Source: Klebsormidium nitens (lineage: Eukaryota > Plantae > Klebsormidiophyceae). Taken from it: 37,111 bases of DNA. The position numbers and the translations under genes are program-made. The stretch's first letter is position 1. Each line of letters begins with the position of its first letter. The stretch covers positions 1 to 37,111 of the forward strand of contig DF237697.1 in assembly GCA_000708835.1 (NCBI GenBank), read 5' to 3'. The notes beneath the pieces are model-generated. The model worked only from the letters and a program-made list of their open reading frames with translations, did no database searches and was not told where the DNA came from. Below, piece by piece: positions 1 through 12,900 of this stretch.

Positions 1-383
1 CGTCACAATCAGAGCCTTCCAAACTGACCAGCATAAGGGTTATCAAAAAGCAAAATGTGAGAGCATACATAAAAGGTATCAATGCCAATGCCTTTTGCTC
101 TTGGTAAAACTGCTTGAAAGTTTTCTGTGGCAGTTGCACTTAGCAGGACTATACTGGCAGTCCTATATTGGCAGGACACTACTGTAAAGCCAGGGGTAAA
201 GCCTCCTACCCAGTCATTTCAGCTGTCGGCCTGGTTCCAAAGGAATACCGCGATGGTGAGGAGTCAGCAAGACCTGGTCAGCCGTAAGCATAACATCCAG
301 TTAATGGCTGGAAGAGAGGCAGGTGTGATGACAGGTCAGCTTGAAGATGAAGCTTCAAAGTTCATCTTCATGATCTCGTGCAG

Positions 384-3300
384 GCACGGTTACGAGGATG
401 GTAAGGGGTGATGCGACTCGGTGCCGGCAGGTCTTCACAAACCTGATCAGCAACAGCATCAAATTCACGAAGGTAGGAGTTCTTCGTTCTCAATTAGAGA
501 CTTGAGACTTCCGCTTCATCGCGGAGCACAAGTACGCCGACTGCAGTTGCCGTGGCACAAGCAGCTTGAATGTCATGAAGAAAGTGAACTCATGATTCTA
601 TGAAGGCAGAACGGATTCCGCTTGCACCTCTAATTGACTGGTCATTGAGTAAGGACACCCGCACCGCACATCGCTGCGGTCACGCTCCTCTGAGCACGAA
701 AGAACCTATTCAATTGCATGCGAATCTAAAATGTTCTAAAATCGTTTGTGCACGAGACTATCTAATGCAATCCTTTCTATATCGCAGGAGGGACACATCC
801 TGCTGCGCTGCTACGCGATGCCCAACGAAGACTTCTGGCCCAGGCCCGGCTCCCCCGACTTGCTCCCCGACCACCCCAGTCAGGAATCTTCTATCCGGAT
901 TGCTTTTGAGGTCGAGGACACCGGCTGCGGGATCCCCCCGGAAAAGCGCAACCTCGTCTTCCAGGATTACTGCCAAGCCGACGCATCTACTACGCGCAAC
1001 CACGGCGGCACGGGCCTCGGCCTGGGGATCGTCAGAACTCTAGTCGAAATGATGGGCGGACATATTTCCATCGTCGACAAAACAGGGCCCGGGACGCTCT
1101 TCCGGTTTCACTTGGAGTTCCAGAGGGAAGCGCCGCCGAGCGGACCAGTCACGCCATCCCTTGTTCGACGGTCGGACCCCTTCTTTATCCAGGAGCCAGG
1201 CGCGCTCGCGCGCTTCCGGGTGGTTATTGGCAGCGGCCGCAGCTTGTCGCGGTCGCTCGCAGCGGCCGCGCTTCGCCGGCAGGGCGCGGCCGTGGTGGAG
1301 GCGGCGTCTTGGAGCGAAGCGCTAAAGGAGCTGCGCTGTTTGGCGGAGCTATCGGCGGAAATCCCGGCCGAGCACTTAAACCAGTTTAATGGAGAATCAC
1401 CGGAGTGGTCAGGGGCTGCCAGCAAGCAGGAGGGGCCGCTGTATTGCGCCCTGCTCTCGCTGTCGCTCTTTTCGAAGGAGCTGAGCGTGGAGGAACTAGA
1501 AGCGGCCGCGATGCAAGTGCGCGAGGCGCTGGGAGCTGCAGGTGAGCCACTCGGGTCAACGGCCTCTAAAACAGCAGAAACGAAAGGCGACGTCAAGACC
1601 TCAGAAGCAGCTTGATGTCGACGACTCCCAGAAATTCGCGAGACAGACTACCTCGGGTCCCGCTTTGACTACTGATCATGCAATGGGTCTCTGAACCATA
1701 TCGGTGTCGGTGCTTGAAACGGCCAGAACAATATTATGCGGTCAGCCGCTGAGGCTTACCCTGTATTGCAATTCAATTCAAATTGTGCATTGAAGAATGA
1801 CTCTGCTCGTCGTCGGCTGGGGACGAAAATGAAAGGGCAGCAAGCATTCAAAGCCGAAGGCCCCTACCTGCTCTTCGAACCGGACATGTTTCTCACTAAC
1901 TTGGACCTGTGTTTATTCTGCAATCTGCTCAATGAACCGTTGCTTTGCATATTCTTGAATTCCCTCTTTACGTCTCCATATTATGGTTCCTTTTGTTCAC
2001 GCCTGACTCCCTCGTTTCCTCTACTTAAAACTCCCTCGTATCATTTTGGCCGCCACTAGACTTGGTCGACCAACTCGGCATCCGTTCACCAGATATAATT
2101 TCTTTTTAAAACCCGCCGAGGCTGCCTATACCGACTTGAAGAAGCCTCGGGTGTGTATCAAGTACAAGCTTTGTCGAGTTTCCTTGGTTGCACATCGAAG
2201 GGTAGTAAGCTGGTACAGAGACTGGATTCTTCAAGAAGCAATCTGAAAGGTGGTGAATCCCGCCGGGTAACCTTTTCAGTAAGAGGTGCCTATCTGTTTC
2301 TTTAACTCAAAATGTCCATCTTACAAGTGATTTCCCGCTAGAGTTCATAGCGAGATCTTACTCTGTTCCCCGGTGTGGTTAGTCTGCATCCGATGATGGC
2401 CGAAACAGCTTGGTACTGGGGCAGGTTCCCTTGCCTTGGGTCACCAGGGTTAAAGCTCCGGCAGTCGCATCCTTAGTCCTGAAATGGAATACTACAGAAA
2501 TATTTTTCATTTCCGCCAATAATGTCCTGTCATTGGGGTAACATCGGTTTCATTGCCAGGCTCGTTCAGAACCAGGTAACTATATTCAGTTCCGAGCAGG
2601 ACTTCTACCACTTTTAACTAGCGGCCAGCTCTTCTCGTAGCCTGACACCTTGCCGCCCCTAGTTTACGTCCCTGGCTTGACCTCCAGCTCGCTCGTCGCC
2701 TGCGCAGAAAGTACGCGCCAATCAATCGACGGCCCGCGGGGTGTGGCAGTGGCGTGGGTGGTGTCAGCGACCACGCCGGCCGCGCTGCGCGACGTGCTCA
2801 AGCGCGCGGGCTTCCCAATCATCTTCAACAGGCCGCTGTATGAGTCCAAGCTGCACCGGCTGCTGCACACTCTGGCCGGGACTCGGGACCCGGACACCCC
2901 CTGCGGCTGCCCGGTGCGAACAACCGGGACGAAAAGCAATGCCTCGCACGCCCGGGCGTCCGAGCCGCTGATGTACCGGTCGGGAGACTGGAACGGGGGC
3001 GGGCTCGCGCGAATGCAGAGCGCGCCGTCGGGGACGCGGAAGGAGCGGGAAGAGGTCCACGTGGCAGATGATGACTGCATCGTGGTGGTGGGAGAGGAGG
3101 AGGGCGACACGCCTCTGCAGGGGATGGTCGTTCTGGTCGCCGAGGACAACCCGGTCCTGCAGCTGCTCGCCACTAAAACGGTGATGAGTCTGGGAGCGCA
3201 AGTTGTGACAGCGGACGACGGCGGCGCGGCGATGGACGCGATCGTGCAGCGGCGGGAGTCGACGAGCCGGCAGTTTGACTTCGTCCTTCTGGACTGCCAA

Positions 3301-3966
3301 GTAAGCTGACAAAAATACATTCATTGCTGTTTTCCACGCTTCTTCTGGCGTCTCCAGACTCAACCGTTGATTCCAGGAGTAATTTGTCCGCAAATACCTT
3401 GCTGATCGGGAAAACTGTAAAATCCTTGCGGAGACACAACGCTGCTCTTGGCAAACGCCTGGATCCCTCCTGGATCAAGGCGAGGACTCGATATTCGAAA
3501 CCAACTCCGCGTCGGGTGTGACGTCACCCCCTCAATTGTGTATGGAAGCCATAGTTGAGGCCCAAGTGGTTGCGTAGGTCGCTTGCTTGGTAGTCGGACA
3601 ATATACCCACTTCCGCAGAAAGCTTCGACGTTCTTGCTGGTGTGATGTTGACGGTAGATTCGAACACCTATCTTGTAAGTTGTGCATTTCCCGCTCATGA
3701 TTTATGGTTGACGTCGACTTCTGCAGATGCCTGTAATGAGTGGTCTCGAGGTGACTCGTCGCCTCCGCAACTTGGAAACAGCGACTCAGGAGCACACCCC
3801 GGTAATTATGCTCACAGCCAGCGCGACACCCTCTCAAGACCGCAGGACGTCCGCAGAGGCGGGGGTCGATTTGTACCTCACGAAGCCCCTGGATGCTCGC
3901 TTATTTGCTCAAAGAGTCACCGCACTTCTTCGAAAGACACGAGGCCTCGCCTCCGGCCTAGAATAG
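384..3966 (+). CDS. Hybrid sensor histidine kinase, AHK1/CKI1-like, copy 1 (5'-partial; HATPase_c, pseudo-receiver, receiver)
   Basis: Exons 384-472, 788-1541, 2708-3300, 3727-3966, all GT-AG and phase-compatible. Translation shows the N box (RMVRGDATRCRQVFTNLISNSIKFTK), G1 (VEDTGCGIP), G2 (RNHGGTGLGLGIV) and a receiver (VLVAEDN...LLDCQ|MPVMSG...MLTAS...LTKPLD). The 89-nt exon 384-472 is not in the ORF track but has the same length and phase as paralog exon 11807-11895. Upstream exons lie outside the window. Confidence 0.9.
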
Positions 3967-4002
3967 CTTGAGACCCCCTGAGTCACGCTCGGAGAACAAG
4001 GC

Positions 4003-4153
4003 GCGGCACGAAAAGCAGAGTAGACGTGTTGAAAGCCGAGCCATCCCTCCACTTGACATATTGTCATATATAGAATATTGCTATATTGTCGGTCTGCTTT
4101 GCCTATCCAGGTGACCATTTTTGCGGCAACCCCTGAAATTGGGGGAGATTGGT
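4003..4153 (+). repeat. Non-coding 3' segment shared between the two kinase paralogs (copy 1)
   Basis: 4003-4038 matches 15031-15066 at 35/36 nt. A second collinear block at 4110-4153 matches 15150-15194. Confidence 0.85.
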
Positions 4154-6193
4154 TGGAACGGTAGGGTGTCGGCTAAAGTTAGTGGCGATGGGACTGTGGT
4201 ATCTCGAAACTCGGAACAAGCTTGTAATATTAAGTGTAAGTTATCCTGTACGGTAGACAATCTATGGCTTCTATAGGTGGCGCGAAGAGGAGGCAATCAA
4301 AACTTGACGTCAAACCGTGACTGAATAGTCCACCAGGCGTTCTGTGGCTTTGAGCGGACACCAACGTTTATGGGGTTTGCGCATCGACTGTAGGAAGAAA
4401 GCGGACGCGAAAGGAACTAGGCATCAATAAGTGCAAGAAGCTGAGGAGTGGCACTTATTGAATCTAGACAGAAAGAGCATTCACCAGGCCTTTTGGAGGC
4501 TTCGAGAGGACACTAACGTAGTTTAAGAATGTGGCGGGATATCGGAACGTGAAATGATAGAAGCTGATCCCATGCGGTTCCAGTTATGGTGAACAATCGG
4601 TTTGGCGGGGACACCTTCAAACCGCGACATGAGTGACTGCAACGGAAGGAACTCGATGCGCTCGTTTCGAGCTTGTTTCCGCTCTAACTCAGACAGAGTG
4701 CAGCATGATGGGCATTGGAGAAGCCGCTCACCCGCTCACGCAAATTCTGAAGCTGTCTGAAGTCATCTTTCCCGGGAACGGTGTCATGCATACCGTGTGC
4801 TTGCAACTGTTGACTACGTACGTCCTGTTGTAGACTCTGTGATTGAACTCTTCGAAACGCAGTCGACCAGAATCATGCGCACGGGAATGGCACCCATCAA
4901 GGTGGTGCATAACTGTTGCTGGAACGGAAGGCAACTCCATATGGCTCGAGAGCGCCAAATGGTCAGATTCTGCGATGCATAAATCTGAGGGCGAGTCCAA
5001 TGATTTCATGGTCGTATAGAGTATATTGAACAAAGGCTCCCAAGCCATGGAGCCTCCTAAAAGTTATGAAGCTCTCTATGAGCATCTCTCGGCGCATTTG
5101 AACCGATTACAAACCTGGTTCACTGGACCTGCATGTTGATGACTATTTGAATGAACGAGCTCCGGCGCTCTTTCGAAACACACCAAATTACTTGGATTTT
5201 GTCATAAGAAAGGGTGAAAGAAATATCTCTTCGGTGTGAGAGTGTGAAGTTGACAAGGACGAAAATCTCTTCCGGATGAGTCTAATGTAAGGACTTGTTC
5301 GCATGTAGCTGGGGGCGGCCAGGCCGGCCGCGCCGCAGAGTGGTCGGCGGCCGGGGACCGGTCAGTCTATGGGACCGTGACCGTTCAATGTCTAAATGCA
5401 CAGCCTGTTGCCCGGCCGACCGAACCCCTGCTGCCTCAGGCGCGCCGGCCCGCACGCGCACGCCCGCGGCCATGTGATTGTTTCCGATACTTCGATTAAC
5501 TGAATATCGACGGCCGACACATTCTTTCCCTCCTCGATCCGTGGCATGCGCGAGCAGGGGTTCGTTGACAAGCCCACCGTATGGTAGTACGGGCCGCATG
5601 AAACACTGTGCTCACCATCGGTAGGTTAGTCTAGGTATGAGTTATCAAGGACTCAACATGTCAATATTGGTACCCATGTAGGTATTTGGGACATCACAAG
5701 ATACCGGGCCGGTTGTCCGATAAGTATCCGGTCACTGGCTGTCAAAAGGATAAAAGGACCGTCAATCAGCCTGACGCGTACTTGCACCAGCCAGACGCAC
5801 AGGCTGACAGTGATTGCCGCCAGGGCGCGGCCCTGGCAACTTGACGCCCTAGGCCGAGCCGCCGCTGGCTGGGAGAAACCTTTATAACCTTTATAATATA
5901 AATGTAAAGAATGCAGACATGATGACGTTGGTCTGACATCCGAAACCCACAGATCGAGCACAGATCAATCAGCTGAAAGCTCCGGCATGGCCGGACTCAT
6001 CAAACATATGTGACATTCTTGCAGCTTGCTTTTGAATGGCTGCCAGAGGTGGTCGCGCCGCGGTCAGAACCTCAGTTGGCTCCGGTCACTGTGATTGGCT
6101 GGCAGAGCCTGAGACACATTGAACTAAGTGGAATGATCCAATCTCCCAAGTTCCCGCACCTGCGGAGCTTGCAAAGTTGAAAGTGCTGTTTTG

Positions 6194-6213
6194 CACGTGT
6201 TAGAGGCCACGTG
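6194..6213. promoter_or_regulatory. Paired G-box / ABRE-like motifs upstream of kinase copy 2
   Basis: CACGTG at 6194-6199 and 6208-6213. The second reads CACGTGGC (canonical ABRE) on the - strand. About 710 bp upstream of the ATG at 6920. Sequence match only. Confidence 0.35.
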
Positions 6214-6919
6214 AGAATCTCGTAACTCCAACTGGCGGCCGCCAACTTTTAGCTATGACCTATGTGGCTCGGTGTCAGAGGAATCTGGGTCTGTGTGGCT
6301 TGGTGTCAGAGTTCTTTTGGCACTCTCTGGTTCAGTGTCAGAGTACAGAGAGTAACAACAGTAGCATGACAGATTGGCGCTTCATTTGAAGATGTGTTCA
6401 TCGGATCAGATCTGGCGTCGCAGTCCTTTACTTCTGCAACGTCTTCCCTTGCAACTTGAGTCTCACTGTTCCCAGGCTGTTCCTCAAAAGTCACCGAGTG
6501 TAGACGATCTTACCAGATGATCGGGAGGGAGAGGTGGGAGAAGATAAGCCGGGACAAGAAGGGCATTACAGAGCCTGCTTCCTTGGACCATTCAATTCGA
6601 GAGGCAGCACCTGAGGGCCGCTCTGCCATAAGGCAGCGTGATGAACAACTTGAATGGGGGGTTTGGCTCAATTATCAGGTCTTTGATGGCTATCTAGATC
6701 GAGAGCAGGTGGTACGAAAAGGGAACTGCTTGTTGCGGCAGGGGATGATAGAGCCGTTTTAGCGAGGCGGATGTGCTGATGGCCCTGAAAGTATGAGATG
6801 TAGAATCTGGCTGGCACTGCTGAAGGAGATAGAGCGAAAGACGGCGCTTGAAGGGTCCAGAGCAAGGGACTATGTGAGATTGGCGACTGATTAGGGACTT
6901 AGGGCCCTTTCTGTGAGAA

Positions 6920-9900
6920 ATGATGGTAGCTTTGGCAGAGCGCCTCAGAAAGGCGTCCCACTGGCTAACTTCACAGGAGAGAACTGGCAAGCCTCCTGAA
7001 GCGGGCTTGAGTGCGCTTACGGCAAGGAAGTCAAGCATAAACTATCCACCGGACTTGGAAGCACAGGAAGTACCGAACTTGGAAGCACAAGAACATGACG
7101 TGGCATCACAGGGCCAGGAGAAGAGAAAGTTCCGCAAGAACTATGACATTCTCATCCTTCGACTGTTGATCATGGTGAGGATAAGGACCGACTTGGGTGA
7201 TGGTCGCTGACAGTTTGGACTAGCTCACTATTCTCATCACGAAGTCCTCTCAAGGATTGAAAACCTTAAGTGCTGGAATGTTCTGATGTCTTGTGAGCTG
7301 ACCACTTATCTGCAACGTTTGGCTTTGAATCTATCGCTAGAATATTTTTCAGCAGCGCGCCACTTGCATGTTTCTAGGCACACCCATTGTGATCGTTTTT
7401 GGGGCCAGTTCTTGGATCCCTGAAAGCAGATGCTGCAGACAGCCTTCTAAACTTGGTTTCATCGCTGTCCAAATAATGCATGACGGCATAAACATAGGCT
7501 GGCAAAAATACTGGGATCTGCAGTCGGTGCACAATAGCTGGTTGTAAGAAATTTCAATAAAAAGACATAAGCTCTGCATGCAAATGCAAAGTTGACAAGG
7601 TCCAAGCCCTCCTCTAGCATTTCAGCATGTGCATACAGGAATCAAAGTCGTAGACGAGAAGACCAAGGCTACTGGGAGGACCAACTGATTGCTTTCACAG
7701 GGCCAACTCAGTGTTATCAGCTAAAGTGCTCTGATCTGTGTTTGTGGAGCGGTGCAGATAGCTTTAGAAGCTACTTGATTGTGACTGGTATCGATGAGTC
7801 ATGAAGTCCTGTGCTTTCTTGGAGGACCTACAAACTGGAAGTAGAAACGCAAACTCGTGCTTTCGAGAGACAGACTATATTTGTGGCTTCCATTGTGCAG
7901 CTTACTGCAGAACCGGAGGCTTCCGTCTATACCGGTCAACACGTTGCCGAACAGACTCTCACAGCTTCCTGTTCCAATAGAAGGGCGAATACGTCATTCT
8001 TCAAAACTAATCAGAAGAGTTCCTCCTTTCTGAGTAAACAGTATCTGACTAAGTGCTCTTCTCTTGTGCAGTTCACGCTGGCCTGCCTCCTTTCAGGCAG
8101 CACAGCCCTAACATTTTTCCTGAGCAGCGCAACGTGTGGCAATTCTCTCACTCAACTTGTCCAGTCGTATCAGAACGACCTCATAGAACGAACGTCTGAT
8201 GACGTTTTGAATCTTTTCGGGAGTGGCGACCTCTGCGCACGAGTCTTGGTCGGATCCATGCAGAGGATTCATGCTGCTCGAATAAGCTGGACGAACGACA
8301 CGCTGGACGATCTGGTACGCTCCTCTTCCTCCGAAGTTGGTGATCATCTGACCAGGTTATGCATAGAAAGGTCTCTGCCCGCCCTTATTTTAAGAGGTTC
8401 TCTGAAGTTGGCTGGAGGAGAGGTTTCAACATGGCCTCATAGTGTGTGGTCTGGAAGGTCGAAAAAGAATGTGAGGGTATGCTTCTCCTTGAGTGCTGTT
8501 GATCAAGTGATCAGGCATGCTTAGGAGGATCCCCAGCTCTGATTCTAAATGAGGTAGTCAGATTCAAACGGGACACTCCAACAACAGCATCTAGGGACAT
8601 TCAGAGCAGAATCAAAGGGCTCTCTAAACTTCTGCAGCGTCCGTTGATCACGTCGATTGTTGCAAGCTCCTGCTCACTTTTACCACAGGTACACCGAGCA
8701 ATCTTCGACACTTTTACCAACTGTGCTCAGACGTCCTCGCTAGGCTTCTTCCAAACGGACGGCACTTACACTACTATCAGTTTAGCAGACAATTCTACGG
8801 CAGTTGGCAATACCCCCTCTAGTCGAATCCAGATGAACTTCAACAACGAGACGACGCCAGCAGGTCGACTTCCTCGACGTTATTATACGGTGAGCCTGTT
8901 GAACTGGTCAGCATGCTGTGGATGAATTCCGGCTCGAGCTCGCAACCTACTGAATGACTACAGTTGTTCTTGTGAATCTGACACCGCAACTCGATTCTGA
9001 GCTTGTGAACGGAAGAGCAGCAGAATGCGCCTTTTGTTTGAAGCTTTTGGGAGTTAGCCCGTGCGCTTGCCAGACCTTATCAGCGTCTGCCAGGCTAATC
9101 AGAAGTTGACATGCGGAAGTTTTGGGAGCACCGGCACCAGTGCAGTCGATGCAAAGCTGTGTGCCTCTGTGAATTTGCGCGCAGTAGAACTACATACTGT
9201 ATAGAAAGAAACGTCTGACCTGACTTTGTGGTCAGCGTCAAAGTCGCAAATCCCGCAAACGGACATGCACTTCTCTTCCAGCAACTCACCACGTCGGAAT
9301 CGAAGACATTCGATCAACAAATGGCTACCAAAGTTTACTCACAACCGAAGCCATTCCGAACAAGCAAAGAGGGACTCTCTTCACTCCGCGATCAACCGTC
9401 ACCGTAGAAACAGAGCACGTTTTTCTTTCCTTTGTGCGACAGTATTTGGCAGAAAACACCGGCGAACCTCTTAGCCCGCCCCACGAGATCGCCAGGCTCG
9501 ATCCCCGCACCCGGGAATGGTACGTCCAGGCACTGAGCAACGCAGACGGGCTGGCCGCTCAAGTGCTGGTCGGCGCAAGCGGACGGTCCCAGTTGGCCCT
9601 CGGGCGGCGCGTCAAGCACCCCACAAACGGCGAAGTCCTCGGCGTGATCGGGCTTTCATTCTACCTGACGACGATCAGCCGATACATGAGCGAGTTCGAC
9701 CTCAAGGGGGGGCTCATGTACGTCACGAATGGGACCATGCTAGTTGCTGACACGGTGGCAGACTACCCGGCCGCCACGAACGTCTCGACGGGGTCCCTTT
9801 TACCAGCCAGCGAGTCGGCCAGTCCAGTCGTCAGAGATTCTTATGCGTACTTGCAGAGCGTGGGGCATGGCAACGTGTCCGACGCGAGCACTTTCCGCAA

Positions 9901-12900
9901 GGTGCGCTTGGGCGGACGTCCGTATTTCCTGCAGTACAAGTATCTGCAGTTCCGCAACATCGTTCTCCGGCAAGTCATGGTGCTGCCGCGTGAGTCCGTC
10001 ATGGGGTCCATTGACAGCGGCGCGCGATACACTAAAGCGATCGTCGGTGGAGTCACGGCGGCGATCTTTGCGCTAGGATCCCTGCTAATTGTGCTGTTCA
10101 CGGATCCGGTCAGCAAGGAGATGCGGCTCAAGGCGCAGGTGATTGAGAATCTGGAGGGGAGGAGGCAGGCGGAGGCGCGAGAGGAATTCAAGACGAAATT
10201 TCTGGCGAGGACCAGGTGAAGAATCTCAAGACAAAAAAAGATTCCTATTGTCAAGCATAGTATGGCTGTCAGCTTGATACGTTGCTTTGATCAATACCCA
10301 ACGGCTGTCAGTACGGAATCTCAGTAAGTCTTCTAACAATTACCAGGCCGATCAAACTGGTATCCTGCTGTACTTTCTCTCTGTACTTGCTTCAACGATG
10401 GTCGGGGCCTTCGACCAGTTCTCTCTGCATACAATCGAGCAATCTCAATCCAATTCAAGAATCCAATCTCTGAGCGAAAGAGTGCGAAAGACCTGACCGT
10501 GTTTCTTGCTGTTCATACCTGTGACTTTGATGTACAGCTGGCGTTCTCGGAATCCCGTCTTGATCTTTTTATGCAACGTGCAGCCACGACCTGCGGACCC
10601 CCTCTGCGGCCATGCTGGGGCTGCTTGACATGATCCTAGAGTCCTCGCTGGAGACCGAGCAAGCCGATAGAGTGAAGCAAGTCAAAGAGTGCGCGCTCAC
10701 GCAGCTGAACCTGCTGAACGACATCCTGGACTTCAGCAAGGTCAGCCACAACTTCCTGCGTAATCCTAGAAACATCGTCAGTAAGCCTAAAAGCTGAGGC
10801 TTGTCTTTTTGTTTTCGATCTTCCACATGCGCCAGCGCTCAGTTAGCCTTCTCTTCTTGAACCTGGCATAGCTGCTGGTCTGTGTTGCGGCAGTTAACAG
10901 TGTGCACAGCAGCATAACGCTCCACTCGAGCATCACTGGGACATGGGAACGTAATTCGCCGAACTGGAGCCTATTAGAACCTTTGAGAGCACTTTCCAAG
11001 AATTTCTTACTGGCTTTGAGATTCCTCGGAAGGCATTCATGCAGAACGTTTGAACCGAAGGACAGACATTCACAATTCATGAAAGTTTTGTCTACATGTA
11101 GTATATACATACAGGCTATTATCTTCCTCGTTGAGGTACATAAAAGCACACGGTGCCCTTGCTAATCAATAAGAGCACACTTCAGACACGCAAAAAGCAT
11201 CTTTTTGCAATCGGTGTCCCGCTGTGCAGATCGAAGCAGGGAAGATGCAGCTCGATAACGAGGTCTTCGACATAGGCAACATGCTGGAGTCTTTGACGGA
11301 CATTTTCAGCGTACAGTGCACAGCCAAGGGCCTTGAAGTCGGATTGGACATGGACAGTGAGCAACTACTCTTTTCAAGGATCAACGTGCTCCCTCTTGCT
11401 CAATGGTTTTCACCAGCGCTCTTCATGCCTCCTCTACTGACGACAGTTTTACTTGCAGAGGCGCAATCATGCTTTGAAAGATGCCACAAAACAGAAGCCG
11501 TCAACAATCCGTCATATGTAATGCTTTATGTGCTGAACGATAAATGACATTGAACTCAGTCAGATCAGTTTAGGCAGTCTGGTTCCGATTCCCCTACTCA
11601 ACAAGCTTCCTGAAAAGGTCCGCTGCCATCGGATTTTTTTGCTCTACTCTGGCCGACTGCAGCGCACAGCGACCTGATCTCCTGTACACTTCTTGTCCGC
11701 CTGTTTGCGTAGACTTGAGACCCCGAAAAAATCTCGGAAGAAACGATCAAGGCCCTGAGACACGGCAGAGGGAGAAGATCGTCAGACCTGCAGCTATTTC
11801 GTGCAGATGCGGTCCCTAGGATGGTGAGAGGCGACCCAACGCGGTGCAGGCAAATCTTCACGAACCTGCTTAGCAACAGCATCAAGTTTACCAAGGTAAG
11901 AAACCAATTCTGTGCGCAACCAAGTGTCGAGCTTGGAAGTGGCTTACAGAGCCTGATAGAGGGCCTTCACCGTCTTAAGTGGGGTTCGAGCAGGTTTTCA
12001 GAGCGCTTCTTGTCCTGCGGGCCAAAATAATAATGATCTTCGATCTCCCGCCTTTCCTTTTGCTTTTAGAGTCTCTTACAGAACGGATGCGGCAGCTGCT
12101 GGCTGTGATCTTAACTGTAAGCAGATGGTCATCATTGGCGCGACGCTCACTTTTGCGTTGTCGACCACCCTGTTGCAGGAAGGCTACGTTCTTCTGCGCT
12201 GCTACCCGCTGCCTGTCGAAGACTTCCAGGGGAGCCCCGACTTTCCCGATGTGCTTGCCAACAACCTCAATCAAAGCCCCACGGTCCGTCTCGCCTTTGA
12301 GATTGAAGACACTGGATGCGGCATCCCCCCGGAAAAGCGCGACCTCGTTTTTCAAGATTACTGCCAGGCCGACGTATCCACCACGCGCAACCACGGCGGC
12401 ACGGGCCTCGGCCTGGGGATCGTCAAAACTCTGGTTGACATGATGGGGGGTCAGATTGCCATCGTCGACAAAACAGGGCCCGGGACGCTCTTCCGGTTCC
12501 ACCTCGAATTCAAGAGGGACGACCCCACCACGCCCGCCCCGGTCACGTCCTCCCTCGTCCGCCAATCGCGCCCCTCGTTCTCACTCGGCGGGCCGCCGCC
12601 GGAGCCGCGCGCGTTCGCGCGCTTCCGCGTGGTGCTCGGGAGCGGCCGCGGCCTGTCGCGGTCGCTCGCCGCGGCCGCGCTGCGCCGGCAGGGCGCGGCC
12701 GTGGTCGAGGCGGCGTCCTGGGGCGAAGTCCTCGACGAGCTGCGTTCCTCAGCGGAGCGGTCGGGAGGACACCCCGGAACGCATTTTGGTGGGGAGTCGC
12801 CGGAGTGGGCGGGGGGCGCGGGCCACCACGGACCGCCCCTATACTGCGCGCTTCTCGCGCTGTCATTACTGCCCAAGGAGCTGAGCGTCGAACAACTCGA

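Noticed and set aside
5047-5294. Frameshifted protein-like fragment (MEPPKSYEALYEHL...DDYLNERAPALF) and an imperfect direct repeat of about 35-40 bp
   Set aside because: Too short, with no recognisable family or splice support.
7811-8524. 237-aa ORF as the kinase N-terminus
   Set aside because: Only 8072-8314 is exon-like, with a branch site, pyrimidine tract and CAG before it and GTACGC after. The 6920-7174 exon supplies the AHK1-like TM1 start in phase.
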